The notes: generated from the letters alone by a model not told the origin. Positions 28,831-39,696 are shown, counted from the first letter of the stretch. The stretch is DNA of 64,000 nt from Coleofasciculus sp. B1-GNL1-01 (GCA_040220235.1 JAVJTO010000070.1); one strand, 5' to 3'. Made by a program: numbers and translations.

Positions 28831-29051
28831 TTTCAGGCTACGGTATGGAAATTATCTGTAATTATCTGAACATGATATCATCCTTTTTTACCTTTGACAG
28901 GGCGAGGGCGCAACGCTTGGCGAGGGCGCACGTCGGTGCGCCCCTACGGGAACTTCAGGTTAAACAGCGATCGCACTTCTTTTGATAACAACGATTCACT
29001 ACTTACCCCATTGCTCTTTCTTTCTGCTTCGCTTATTTCTGCCGAGCTGCA

Positions 29052-29564
29052 CTAGGGATTCCTATACAGAATCATTCCACCGACTCTAGGATCATTAGGA
29101 TCGACGGCTTGCCCACATATTAACCCTATAGACCACTGATATTCTCTATTAGAATCTATTGCTGGAGCATCAGTTGGCAACTCTAAACGATACGTACCCG
29201 GAGTTGTTGGTAGTGGGAGTTGTGCCTGATAAAAATAGTCTTCATCAGCATCTTTTAAGCTGAAAAATACTTGTTTAGCTCCGGTTTTGGGAAGATATAC
29301 AGCAAAACTGGGACGTTCGACATCCGTTTCGCTATGGGTGGGCATTAACGAGGATAAGCTTTCATTGTTCATCAGTTCATCCCCCGGACAGGTTCCCCGA
29401 GATGCGCCACCTGTTGTATCGTATGGAGTTCCTTCTTTGGGCGGCTCAAATGTTACCCACAACTGGGTATTAATTGAGTCAGATTGTGCCATTAAATCCA
29501 AACCGACTAACACCTCCAAGGATAACGCTATGCCGAATAGGGATAAAGATTTAACTACGTTCAT
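29052..29564 (-). CDS. DUF928 family protein
   Basis: FEPP..G.P..T.GGASRG.C, P.F.VYLP, YQWSIGLIC; GAGGAGG RBS. Confidence 0.88.
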   Translation of the reverse strand: MNVVKSLSLFGIALSLEVLVGLDLMAQSDSINTQLWVTFEPPKEGTPYDTTGGASRGTCPGDELMNNESLSSLMPTHSETDVERPSFAVYLPKTGAKQVFFSLKDADEDYFYQAQLPLPTTPGTYRLELPTDAPAIDSNREYQWSIGLICGQAVDPNDPRVGGMILYRNP

Positions 29565-29660
29565 GATTTCAATCCTCCTCGGATTTATGTTTGGTTGGAA
29601 TTGAGCAACCTCTGACCCCAAAATAAGACGTTGTTGAAACCTGCTTTTTCTGATTAAGAA

Positions 29661-32267
29661 TTACAGCCAATTTCCCACTAAAACAAAAGGTGCCCAGTAA
29701 TAGGGATGCTGATAGGCTTCTTGCTTTAATAATGATAACTGAGCTTGCCGCAGGGCTTCAGCTCGGTTGCCATCACCTTGGCGCAAATGGCGATAAAATT
29801 TAATCATGGTATCGGCAGTGGATTGGTCATTCACTGACCAAAGCGTAGCAATTGTACTGCGAGCGCCTGAACGCACCGCTAATCCAGCTAATCCTAAAGC
29901 GGCTCGTTTGTCTCCAGTCGCCGTTTGACAAGCACTGAGAACTAATAGTTCAATCGGTTCAGAATTGCTTTGTTCTCTCGTTTTAAGCAATTGAGATAAA
30001 GTATTGGCATTGAGGCGTTTATCCCAGGTAAGAATAAAGGTGTCTTTGGGTTGCGAACTAAACTGACCATGGGTGGCAAGATGGAGAATGTTAACGGAGT
30101 GGTTTTTGAGTTCCTTTTCTATTTTGGCATGAGTAAAGGTTTCATTCAATAGAATTTCTGACGGTAAATCATCACTAATTTCTTTAACTTCTTGCTTAAC
30201 AGCCGGTAAGGGAAGAAACCCTTGACGGGCTTCCGTTAATCCTGCTGTTAACGAAAATAGGGGAACTTGTTTGAGCGATCGCGGTTCGAGTAATTGCAGT
30301 CCCGGTGTTAACGCCACACTGTAGTTTTCAATCAAATACTGGTTGCCATCGTGGAGGGCTGTCATAGGAATATTACGCAAAACACCATCCAGAACAAAGA
30401 CTAAGGTTTTAATCTGATTACTGGTTAATTGATTGTCAATCGGGCGAATTAACCAATCATAAACGGTTTGGGACAGTTGAAGCCGTTCTTTATTCGATAA
30501 CGCCGGATTCATGGTTTGGCGTAAACGGCTGATTGTGGCTTCAATGTCTGGGGAAGATACATTGGTGTGGTAAGTCTGTAGAGGTTGTCCGGGTAAGGAA
30601 AGAATTACCGCTAAACGGTTGGGTAAAATAATCGGGTAAATCACCGCTGCTTTCGTATCACCTTTTTCGATGACGGTATCAATTTGTTCGGCTTGCGTCT
30701 CTAAACAGGCGGTGCGGAAAAAGTTTTCGAGTTCGGCTAATTGTAGAGATTCAATTACAGTCCGGGCTTGTTGCAGATGTTCGGGTGAAGGAGAGTCTAA
30801 TAAAAGACTGACGAGGTGACGATAAATGGGTTCAATTTCCTCTTGAAAGGAAAATCTCACATCTGCATTCATTGCCACCAGATCCCCCCGAAGGGATTGT
30901 ACTGTATCAAATGCCTGTTTATTTGCCGCGATCGCGCTTTGTTTATCGCCCACCTTTGTCAGGATTTGTGCCAGTTGCCAGTACCATTGATAGGATAAGT
31001 CAGCCGCGTTGATACTCTGAGACAAAAATAGGGCTTGTTCGGTTAAATCTTGAGCTTGAGACCATTGTTGGGTTTTGTCGTATACTTTTCCGAGGATGCC
31101 TAAACTCAGCGATTCTGCCCGTTTATCGTTTAAGCTTTTTGCCGCTTTCCGAGTATCGGCTAACTGTTGGGCAATGGTTTGATAATTGGCAATGTTGGGA
31201 GAACCTAAGCCGGAGGTTTCGACGAGTTCGATTAAACGTTCGGCGTAGTTAACCTGGGCATAAATCGTCTCTCGACTCGGAGACAACTGGGACAAATTGC
31301 GTTGAATTTGAGGAACTAATTCTTGGGCGTCGGTAAACTGTTCTAAATGAATCAGTAGCTTAAGTTGGTTGAGTTTTGCTTGGACTTGAGATAGAGGAGT
31401 CGCGGCGATTTCGGCGGCTTGTTGATAGTAGGCTAATGCGGCTGGCATTTCTGCCAAGTTGCGGCTAATATTACCTAAACTCAATAAAGCTGCACTAATA
31501 TCTGGGGCAGAATTAAGGCGTTGTGCTACAGCTAAACTGTCCTGTAAAATAGTCTGGGCGGCTGACAAATCACCGATAGCTTCCCAGACCCTACCCAGAC
31601 TGCGTAATCCAGTTGCTTTCATGATAGAATCCGGTTGGGTGGTTAGCTGTGGCTGTACCGATTCGAGAAGTTGCCGCGATCGCTGAACCATTCCTAAACT
31701 TTGCCATGCTTGAGCCTGATTAATTTTGCTCCCCAATACCCCCATTTGATCATCGGCTTGGGCGTAAACCGTTTCCGCCTGTTTCCAGGTGTCTAGCGCC
31801 GCCTGCGGTTGTCCCATTGCCAGTTGTACACTCCCTTTGGTATTTAAAATGGGGGCTAGAATCGCGGGATTGGCTTGGGGTTGGAGTAAATCCAGGCTTT
31901 GATTAATTGCGGCTTCTGCTTGTTGCCATTGTCCCCCGTCTTGATAGGCTAAGGATAAGTAATGTAACGCTAACGCCTGATTCATGCGATCGCCAGTTTT
32001 TTCATAATTCTTTACCGCCTCTTGCCAAGTCTTTATTGTATCTGCTAAATGTCCAGATTCATCGTCAGTTTTACCTTGACTGACAAGGTTAGAATTCTCT
32101 ATCTGTCTCCCCTCTCCTTGCAGGAGAGGGGTAGGGGGAGAGGTCAAAAAACGGTTAGAAGAATACTGTGCCGCGACAGGACGAACCGTCACCACTACGA
32201 AGCAAGTGACTAGGATTAATCCCCAGAAAAATAGTTGCTTTTTACTGCTTCTTCTTAACCGTTTCAT
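29661..32267 (-). CDS. TPR-CHAT (caspase-like) protease
   Basis: N-terminal signal/TM segment, TPR repeats, HLATHGQF and LSACQT catalytic dyad, HPYYWAPF end. Confidence 0.93.
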   Translation of the reverse strand: MKRLRRSSKKQLFFWGLILVTCFVVVTVRPVAAQYSSNRFLTSPPTPLLQGEGRQIENSNLVSQGKTDDESGHLADTIKTWQEAVKNYEKTGDRMNQALALHYLSLAYQDGGQWQQAEAAINQSLDLLQPQANPAILAPILNTKGSVQLAMGQPQAALDTWKQAETVYAQADDQMGVLGSKINQAQAWQSLGMVQRSRQLLESVQPQLTTQPDSIMKATGLRSLGRVWEAIGDLSAAQTILQDSLAVAQRLNSAPDISAALLSLGNISRNLAEMPAALAYYQQAAEIAATPLSQVQAKLNQLKLLIHLEQFTDAQELVPQIQRNLSQLSPSRETIYAQVNYAERLIELVETSGLGSPNIANYQTIAQQLADTRKAAKSLNDKRAESLSLGILGKVYDKTQQWSQAQDLTEQALFLSQSINAADLSYQWYWQLAQILTKVGDKQSAIAANKQAFDTVQSLRGDLVAMNADVRFSFQEEIEPIYRHLVSLLLDSPSPEHLQQARTVIESLQLAELENFFRTACLETQAEQIDTVIEKGDTKAAVIYPIILPNRLAVILSLPGQPLQTYHTNVSSPDIEATISRLRQTMNPALSNKERLQLSQTVYDWLIRPIDNQLTSNQIKTLVFVLDGVLRNIPMTALHDGNQYLIENYSVALTPGLQLLEPRSLKQVPLFSLTAGLTEARQGFLPLPAVKQEVKEISDDLPSEILLNETFTHAKIEKELKNHSVNILHLATHGQFSSQPKDTFILTWDKRLNANTLSQLLKTREQSNSEPIELLVLSACQTATGDKRAALGLAGLAVRSGARSTIATLWSVNDQSTADTMIKFYRHLRQGDGNRAEALRQAQLSLLKQEAYQHPYYWAPFVLVGNWL

Positions 32268-32277
32268 AAGCCCTCAT

Positions 32278-33123
32278 TTACTCTAAGTCGTCAGCATCCG
32301 GGTCAATCCCCATTTCCCGTAATCGTGCAGCTAATTTTGCCGCTTTTTGTTCGGCTTGTTCCGCTCGTTGCCGTTCGGTTTCCGCTCGTTGTCGTTCAGT
32401 TTCCGCTCGTTGTCGTTCGTTTTCCGCTCGTTGCTGTTCCAATTCAGCCCGTTCTTCACCAATAAGTAAAAGATTGCCCTCACTATCCCACCAGCGCAGC
32501 CAGAGTTGGGTTTGATTTTGATACGTTCCCTGCCAAAGTCCCAGTTCGACTTCTAACGGTGGAATAGAATAATGACCCCGTTCATTGGGTTCTATCCGTT
32601 GATAGGAAAAATCTTGCAGATGATACACTTCTAATTTGCCATTTTTAATTTCGTAAATGGCATAGTAAGGAATGCGAATAATATGTCCATAGACCCAAAA
32701 TTTACCCGGTTTCGTCGTTTTCCCATCAGCCGAAACCGATAAGGGTGTAGCATCCCGTTCCTCTTCTCCATTTCCACTAGCAAACTCAATCGCAATCGTT
32801 GGTGCCATGAATTCTCGCCATAAAACATAAGAACGGCGAATTTCTCCATTCAGAAGCGGCGGAACATTAGCAACATAGAACCAATCCGGTGCTTCAGCCC
32901 CTTTTTCTGGGGGGTCAGTTTCACGCCAGTAGATACCACAATCTTGTCCAATAGCATATTGACCATCAGGATGAAGTTGTCGTAAAACGGAGCCAATAGA
33001 ATCCGTTAAAATAATGCTTTGGGGATGCGCCTGGAAATTTTTCACAAACGTACCATCTGATTCGGGAAGTTGAGTATGATCAGGGAATGCTGGGGGTAAA
33101 TCAGTACGAGTTCCTATTGTCAT
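32278..33123 (-). CDS. Uma2 family endonuclease-like protein with coiled-coil tail
   Basis: APDWFYV, IEFASG, WLRWWD; 21-bp repeats encoding ERQRAET. Confidence 0.88.
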   Translation of the reverse strand: MTIGTRTDLPPAFPDHTQLPESDGTFVKNFQAHPQSIILTDSIGSVLRQLHPDGQYAIGQDCGIYWRETDPPEKGAEAPDWFYVANVPPLLNGEIRRSYVLWREFMAPTIAIEFASGNGEEERDATPLSVSADGKTTKPGKFWVYGHIIRIPYYAIYEIKNGKLEVYHLQDFSYQRIEPNERGHYSIPPLEVELGLWQGTYQNQTQLWLRWWDSEGNLLLIGEERAELEQQRAENERQRAETERQRAETERQRAEQAEQKAAKLAARLREMGIDPDADDLE

Positions 33124-33273
33124 TTGTCATTCGTCCTTTGTCCGATCATTTCCAGTTATTTCCCCAATTCTATAAAATTATCTCCCCATCCTTCAATCAC
33201 CTCTGCGTACCTCTGCGAAAACCTCTGCGTACCTCTGCGTTAAAAAATATAATTGCAATCTCACCCATTAAAT

Positions 33274-36200
33274 TTAGTCTAAGTCATTTCTCCCCCCACA
33301 AGAAGACGATCCTTCCCCAAAATCTATCCTTTTTCCTCCATTAGGTTCAGCCGTCAGAATAACCGTCCCATCTTCATCAACCATCCAACCTTGGGCTTCA
33401 ATTATCTGCTTTTCAGGTGTCTCAGATGGCAAGTTTACAGCAGGTTTATTATCCAAAAATCCTGCAACATTTCGCCGATCTTGCCAAACCGAATTTCCTT
33501 GCAAATAGTCACGGGGATTATCGGGAATACCACCGCGTCCGATAGCGGTAAACCGATTCCCAGTATCAGCCGGACAACCCGCGATAATTTGATTCGACGG
33601 ATCAGTAAAATTAAACGGTAATTCAGTTAAGCCGCGAGACGGATCAACATTGGGAGTATTAATCGTAATCGTACCATCAATGCCTAACTGAGAACTCGCC
33701 GTAATATCACTATTTGGGGTAAGTTCATCACTCACCTGTAAGCCAAAAATGCCTTGCGTGGTTATGTCAATATTTCCGCCATTTCCTTCAAATGCATTCG
33801 CCACAATATCACTATTTTCCTCCAGAACCGCGACGATAAACTTAGCATCAATATTGATATCGCCACCATCTCCACCCGTCCCAGCTTGTCCGGCTGTGGT
33901 ACTGATTAAACTGTTATTTTGCATTAATAATAGATCGGCTCCTTCGAGGAGAATATTACCACCATTTCCGGATAGCGTCCCTGTACCAATTACAGCGCCA
34001 TCCCGAAGTTTCACTTGCTCGGCATTAATGTACAAATCACCAGCCCTGGTATCACCAGAGGCTAAACTAAACGTGCCTATCCCTCCCTTCCCGCGCAATT
34101 CTATCTCAGTCGCATTTACACGCAAGTTTCCGGCAGTTCCGGTACTGGTTAAATCAGCCGAGGTAACAATTCCAGCACCATCTCGCACCACCAGGCGATC
34201 GCTATTAATGGTAATAGTTCCGGCATCTCCACTTCCTTGAGTTCCAGAGGTAAAACCTGTCACCAAGTTAGTCAACTCTAAAAGGCTATTTAGGTCAGTT
34301 GGAGCAACAGCCGCACCGGGTTGATTGCCAATAATTTTTATCGATTCAGCGTTGATGATTAAATCCCCAGCATCACCACTGCTATAACGTTGGGCTGCGG
34401 TAGAAATACCTGTTCCTATTCCTGACTGAATTTTGGTATTTTGAATCAGTAATTGGCGAGTATTTAGGGTTAAATTTCCAGCATCACCCAACCCATACGT
34501 AAGAGAACCTAAGCTACCGTCATCCAGCAGGTTGACTGACGCGGCATTAATTCTCACATTGCCCGCCTGTCCACCATTCGCAAAGGTAGCTGTCGCAATA
34601 TTCGATTCATCTTTCAAGATAATCGATTCTGCACTAACCTGAATATTACCTCCTGATCCGGAAACATTCCCAGATGGAGTGTTGGGTTGAAAAAATTGCT
34701 CGAGTTCTCCAATATCACCAGTCGGTGAGCCAATAATTTCGATAATATTAGTGATATTATTGATATCATTTATACTAGCTGCAATCGTATTAATATCCGA
34801 GTTATCGTCAGCACGAATTGAATCAGCGCTAACCTGAATATTACCTCCTTGTCCAGAACCAACCGTAACGCTGAAAATTTTCGACCCACCACTCAACACC
34901 AGAGACGGGGCTGAGAGTTCAATATCACCACCTTTGCCTAAACTGGTCACGCTAGTAATGATTGAATTATCGATAGTTAGGGTTGCACCACTCGTTAGGG
35001 AAATATGACCCCCAATTAGTCCATTAGCATGGATATCACTCACTCCAATATCACCAACGGCTTGGAGTAATATATCACCCGCTTTCCCCAAAGAACTGGT
35101 ATCAATTGTACCAGCCGTGGTATCGATCAATCCTTTAGAGTCGATAATAATCGTACCCCCTCCCATCATTCCTTGAGTATTGATTGACCCAACCGTTATC
35201 CCCCCAGATAACGATAGATTCGGCTGATACTGATTTGTTAAAAATACAGTTCCTTCTGAGTTCACAATATCGCCAATGGTAATATTAGCACTGGTGGAAC
35301 TTTCTAGAGGATTGGGGAAAGGTGGAACAATAATTCCCTGCGATGGAATCCCCTTGATAACTGGAATTCCAAACGCGGTAGTTCCAGCCCGGATATCCAG
35401 GGTTGGTTGAGTTTTCCCATTAATTAATATTGATGTACCATCAGATAGAGTAACATTTTCAACAATGCCATTTTCGGCATCGACGTTATTGATCAAAACA
35501 CCACCGGGAATCGTCACACTTCCGCCCGCAAAAATATGCAGTGAAGCGCCTTGATAAGCCCCCATTAAAACATCCCCACGGCTGCGAATAACCGGATCAT
35601 TAGGACTCCTAAGAATTCCTAGATTCCCATCAAGCTGTTCGATGCGAAACTCACCACCACTCCAGAAATAGGCATCTCCTTGCACAGGATTAGCCGAACG
35701 GAATACCATCTCCCCATTGGCGAAAAAACCACTATCCGGATGATTCAGGGCAAAACTATCAATTGTGCGATCGCCTTGTACCTGCATAGTTCCGCCAGCC
35801 TTAGCGATGAACGGATTTACCAGACTGTCTCGAATATTTACAGTATGATTAGCGTGCAGAGTAAGATTATCCCCAGCGATAAGCTGACCTTGTAAATTAA
35901 GAGTATTAGCCGCTAGAGTAAGATTCCCTCCCACCGATAAATTTCCCGCATTGGTAATCGTTGCCGATTCACCCGTCAAATAATTAAAAAAGAATACCCC
36001 TGGCTGAATCGATAGGAGGGTACTTTCTTCAGGTTCTGTTGCCAAAAATAATCCCTGTTCACCCAGGCGAATCCCATCCGCCGTACTCGCCACAAATGAA
36101 CCTGTTACATCTAACCTAGCGTCTTTCCCAAAAATAATTCCATTAGGATTAATTAAGTATAAACTTGCCGCCCCTTCCACACCGAGAGTGCCAAAAATAT

Positions 36201-36579
36201 TGGATAGATTTGTTCCCGTAACACGAGTTAGAATATGGTCAACCTCCCCAGGATTAGTAAAGTAAACCTGCTGTCCGGAATCAACATTGAACTCCTGGAA
36301 ACTGTGGAACAGATTACTCCCCCGTCTTGCCCCGCCTTGAATCAAATCCCGCGCCTCTTGGGGAACAACGATTGAATTTTCTGCACCTAACGTATCATCA
36401 GGAATCAGTTGGGCATTAATCTTTGCCGCATAAAAAATCTGACTGGATACAAGTCCAAAATAGCAGAACCATTGTAACGCTTGCCGACTGTTTAGGCTTT
36501 TGAGTAGAAAGTTAAGATTAACTGGATTCATCAGTTGAACTGGATTTGAGACAAAAAATCCGGTAAAATTCATTGACAA
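33274..36579 (-). CDS. Filamentous haemagglutinin N-terminal domain exoprotein (TpsA-like)
   Basis: NLFHSFQEFN, LINPNGIIFG, G.GG.I.I repeats, SDITASS, EAQGW; the exact start is uncertain (several Met codons). Confidence 0.9.
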   Translation of the reverse strand: MSMNFTGFFVSNPVQLMNPVNLNFLLKSLNSRQALQWFCYFGLVSSQIFYAAKINAQLIPDDTLGAENSIVVPQEARDLIQGGARRGSNLFHSFQEFNVDSGQQVYFTNPGEVDHILTRVTGTNLSNIFGTLGVEGAASLYLINPNGIIFGKDARLDVTGSFVASTADGIRLGEQGLFLATEPEESTLLSIQPGVFFFNYLTGESATITNAGNLSVGGNLTLAANTLNLQGQLIAGDNLTLHANHTVNIRDSLVNPFIAKAGGTMQVQGDRTIDSFALNHPDSGFFANGEMVFRSANPVQGDAYFWSGGEFRIEQLDGNLGILRSPNDPVIRSRGDVLMGAYQGASLHIFAGGSVTIPGGVLINNVDAENGIVENVTLSDGTSILINGKTQPTLDIRAGTTAFGIPVIKGIPSQGIIVPPFPNPLESSTSANITIGDIVNSEGTVFLTNQYQPNLSLSGGITVGSINTQGMMGGGTIIIDSKGLIDTTAGTIDTSSLGKAGDILLQAVGDIGVSDIHANGLIGGHISLTSGATLTIDNSIITSVTSLGKGGDIELSAPSLVLSGGSKIFSVTVGSGQGGNIQVSADSIRADDNSDINTIAASINDINNITNIIEIIGSPTGDIGELEQFFQPNTPSGNVSGSGGNIQVSAESIILKDESNIATATFANGGQAGNVRINAASVNLLDDGSLGSLTYGLGDAGNLTLNTRQLLIQNTKIQSGIGTGISTAAQRYSSGDAGDLIINAESIKIIGNQPGAAVAPTDLNSLLELTNLVTGFTSGTQGSGDAGTITINSDRLVVRDGAGIVTSADLTSTGTAGNLRVNATEIELRGKGGIGTFSLASGDTRAGDLYINAEQVKLRDGAVIGTGTLSGNGGNILLEGADLLLMQNNSLISTTAGQAGTGGDGGDINIDAKFIVAVLEENSDIVANAFEGNGGNIDITTQGIFGLQVSDELTPNSDITASSQLGIDGTITINTPNVDPSRGLTELPFNFTDPSNQIIAGCPADTGNRFTAIGRGGIPDNPRDYLQGNSVWQDRRNVAGFLDNKPAVNLPSETPEKQIIEAQGWMVDEDGTVILTAEPNGGKRIDFGEGSSSCGGRNDLD

Positions 36580-36697
36580 GAGGTTAAACCCAATGATTCG
36601 GTTCTTTTTCTCTATACAGTCCCGTTGTAACTATACCCGTACTCTTTTGGAGGAAGATTAAAATTTTTATAAAATTAAAAACGGCATGTTACCTGTA

Positions 36698-36821
36698 AGC
36701 TGTCATGCATTTAAATTGGGAATGGGTAGCGAGCAAGATGCAAAGCCTGCGGCATGGCTTCGCTAAACGCACTACAAGGATTTCGCCCTTATTGATATTA
36801 AGGTTTAAATGCCGAACAGCT
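36698..36821. mobile_element. MITE family A, copy 2 (inverted, 124 bp)
   Basis: Near reverse complement of 50833-50956, TA on both sides. Confidence 0.88.
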
Positions 36822-36846
36822 TATGTCAATGTAGTATATTACATCT

Positions 36847-39300
36847 CTACTTCTGACAGCGTTGCAGATAGATTTTAGCGGTTTTATCCTCAGGCACAAA
36901 CTCTAGACACCGTTGAAATAATTTAGCCGCTTTACTAAACTCTCGTTGCGAATAAAGGCATAACGCTTGTTCAAATATCGTCTTTGTTTTCAGCTTCCGC
37001 TGACGAACCGGAGGCGGATCAGCATCAAACACATCAAACACCGACACGGTTTGGGATTTACCTTTAACCTTGACCCGACCAATGATACGAAACGAATAGT
37101 TAGAAGGGTCACGCAAATGGTCAAAGGTGTAATGCGAAATCAGCAGCGATACCCCATATTCTTTAGTCAAATGTTCCAAGCGAGAGGCTAAATTCACAGC
37201 ATCACTAAGCACCGTACTATTAATATGGGTTTTACCGCCCACTGTTCCTAACATCATCAAGCCAGTATTAATACCAATCCCGATTTCGATCGGAGATTCT
37301 CCGGCTTTTTGTCGCTCTTGATTGTAGCATTTTAAGTTTTGCAGCATATCAATTGCTGCGTTGACCGCATCATCGGCACTGCCACTAAATAACGCCATAA
37401 TCGCATCACCAATGTATTTATCGATGAAGCCTTGATTCTGGATAATGGCAGGTTCCATATAGGAAAGATAACGATTGATAAAATTAAAGGTTTCTTGCGG
37501 TTTAATCGCTTCCGATAGACTCGTAAAGTTACGAATATCCGCAAATAGAACTGACATATTTTGCTGAGATTGATCGCCTAACTTAACATCACAAATACTG
37601 TCCTTTTTGAGTAACTGCAAGAATTGTCGCGGGACAAACTGGGAGAACGATTGATTCAACTTGAAAAGTTCTCTAGTAAATGCTTCACGCTCGACTTGCG
37701 CTTGCTTCCGTTCGCTAATATCTTCAATAAATCCCTGATAGTAAAGAACATTTCCTTGATCATCACAAACCGATCGCGCATGTTCACAAATCCAAATAAT
37801 GCTGCCATCCCGACGATAAACTTGCGATTCAAAGCCGACAACTTCTCCCTGTTGTTCCATCAGTTGAATAAAATAATCTCGACGTTTTGGGTCAACATAA
37901 AGCTGAGTTTTTATATTAGTAATACTGGTAATTAACTCCTCTGGAGACTTATACCCATAAATCTTTGCCAACGCCGGATTTGCACTGCGATAGCGTCCAT
38001 CAAGAGTGGTCTGAAAAATACCTTCTAATGCATTTTCAAAAATACGGCGATATTTCTGTTGGGCTTCCTGCTGTAACCGCCGACTCTGATAATCAGCCGT
38101 GATAACGGCTGAACCGGTTAAGGCGAGTAATGAGGGAATTACAGGTAACCACCACCCTGCCAGAAATAAGAGATACGTGCCAATTAAACTACAACCACTT
38201 GCTAATACAATATAAATGCCTAGGGCAAGTAATTGAAGTAAGGTTTTGGGATTCAACCATTTATTCTTTAGCCAAACTAAACTTCCGACTGTACCCAGAA
38301 ACGACCAACACAAAACCAGTACCCCTTCGACTGGATTGGGTAAGACTTTAATCAAGGGGCGTCCATCAATGGCACTACTAATAATTTGACTGATTAAATT
38401 CGCGTGAATAACAACAGCAGCGGCGCGACGGGGAGGGACAAATATGGTGCTATCATAAGGCGTAAAAAATAAATCGTTGGTACTTTGGGCTTTAGATCCA
38501 ATTAAGATGATGCGATCGCGGATTTTTTCTGGGGGAACGCGATCGGCTAAAACATCCCTTAATGAGACGGTATCAAAGCTGTCTGAAACACCGCGAAAAT
38601 TTAATAGAATCTGATACCCTCCCGCATCTACATCCACGTACCCCCCATCATCAGTCTGAAACGGAGTAAAGATAGCTTTCCCCAAGCGATAACGCTGCTG
38701 ATTCGCATTAATTACCTCTAAACTAATCCCCTCATCCTCTAAATACAGTAATGCTAAACGGGCAGCTAAACTTAATTGCACATCTCCATTTTCCCGTTGA
38801 ATCGACAATAACCCTCGGCGAATCTTGCCATCCGTATCCACCATCAGATCCGCCAAAGCAACTTGGTTTAAAGCGTCCAGAGTGGGTGGAGACGCCACGC
38901 GATCGCCCACTCGTTTTTCTACCCCAATTAGATTCTGCGTAGACTGCATCACCTCCACCCATTGTTGATGTCCCGGTTCTACAGGTAAATCCCGATACAG
39001 ATTTAAACCAATCACTCGTGGTTCAGCCGCTTTCAGCGTAGTAATTAACTCAGCCAAAACCCCATCCGGAATGGGCCACTGTCCCACCTGATTAATATCA
39101 GTTTCATCAATTGAAACCACGAGAATACGAGAATCTGGAGATTCTTGAGGGCGCAGCCGAAAATATTGATCCAGCGTTGCCCATTCCAATAGCTGAAATA
39201 AACCCGCTGCATTCAGGGCAAGAATAATCAGCGTCACACTCGGCGCGATTAATAATACTCCTTGCCACTGCTTAATCCAGGTTTTCAGCTTTGAACCCAT
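36847..39300 (-). CDS. CHASE2-PAS class III adenylate/guanylate cyclase
   Basis: CHASE2 (WPIPD, DTDGKIRRGLL), 3 TM helices, PAS, FADIR, KYIGDAIM, DAVNLASRLE. Confidence 0.93.
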   Translation of the reverse strand: MGSKLKTWIKQWQGVLLIAPSVTLIILALNAAGLFQLLEWATLDQYFRLRPQESPDSRILVVSIDETDINQVGQWPIPDGVLAELITTLKAAEPRVIGLNLYRDLPVEPGHQQWVEVMQSTQNLIGVEKRVGDRVASPPTLDALNQVALADLMVDTDGKIRRGLLSIQRENGDVQLSLAARLALLYLEDEGISLEVINANQQRYRLGKAIFTPFQTDDGGYVDVDAGGYQILLNFRGVSDSFDTVSLRDVLADRVPPEKIRDRIILIGSKAQSTNDLFFTPYDSTIFVPPRRAAAVVIHANLISQIISSAIDGRPLIKVLPNPVEGVLVLCWSFLGTVGSLVWLKNKWLNPKTLLQLLALGIYIVLASGCSLIGTYLLFLAGWWLPVIPSLLALTGSAVITADYQSRRLQQEAQQKYRRIFENALEGIFQTTLDGRYRSANPALAKIYGYKSPEELITSITNIKTQLYVDPKRRDYFIQLMEQQGEVVGFESQVYRRDGSIIWICEHARSVCDDQGNVLYYQGFIEDISERKQAQVEREAFTRELFKLNQSFSQFVPRQFLQLLKKDSICDVKLGDQSQQNMSVLFADIRNFTSLSEAIKPQETFNFINRYLSYMEPAIIQNQGFIDKYIGDAIMALFSGSADDAVNAAIDMLQNLKCYNQERQKAGESPIEIGIGINTGLMMLGTVGGKTHINSTVLSDAVNLASRLEHLTKEYGVSLLISHYTFDHLRDPSNYSFRIIGRVKVKGKSQTVSVFDVFDADPPPVRQRKLKTKTIFEQALCLYSQREFSKAAKLFQRCLEFVPEDKTAKIYLQRCQK

Positions 39301-39696
39301 CAGATATCTCCCTCCTGAATTCCTCCATCTCCAACAGCTAGCTCCAACCTAGCAATTGGAGGTGACATGCTACCATTACTATCAAGCTCTTTGGTGAAAA
39401 TTCCGGTAAACTAGATAACTGAATCTAGACTGAGAGACCATTGCTCGCAAAACCATTAATTCTCTGTAGGGGGGTTAGGCGGTCATTTAATCGATGAAAC
39501 GAACTGCTGTATTCCCTAGTGCGTAACCCCGTAAAAATAATCTTGATTTGTCCTATAAATTAATGTAATATTATTCTTTTATAATTTTAAATCATGCTAG
39601 CACTAGCGGTAAATAAAAATGATAGAGGACAAGGATTGGCTTAACACACCTTAATATCTTAGAATAGAAAATAGAACCCTTTAAAATAGCGATAAA

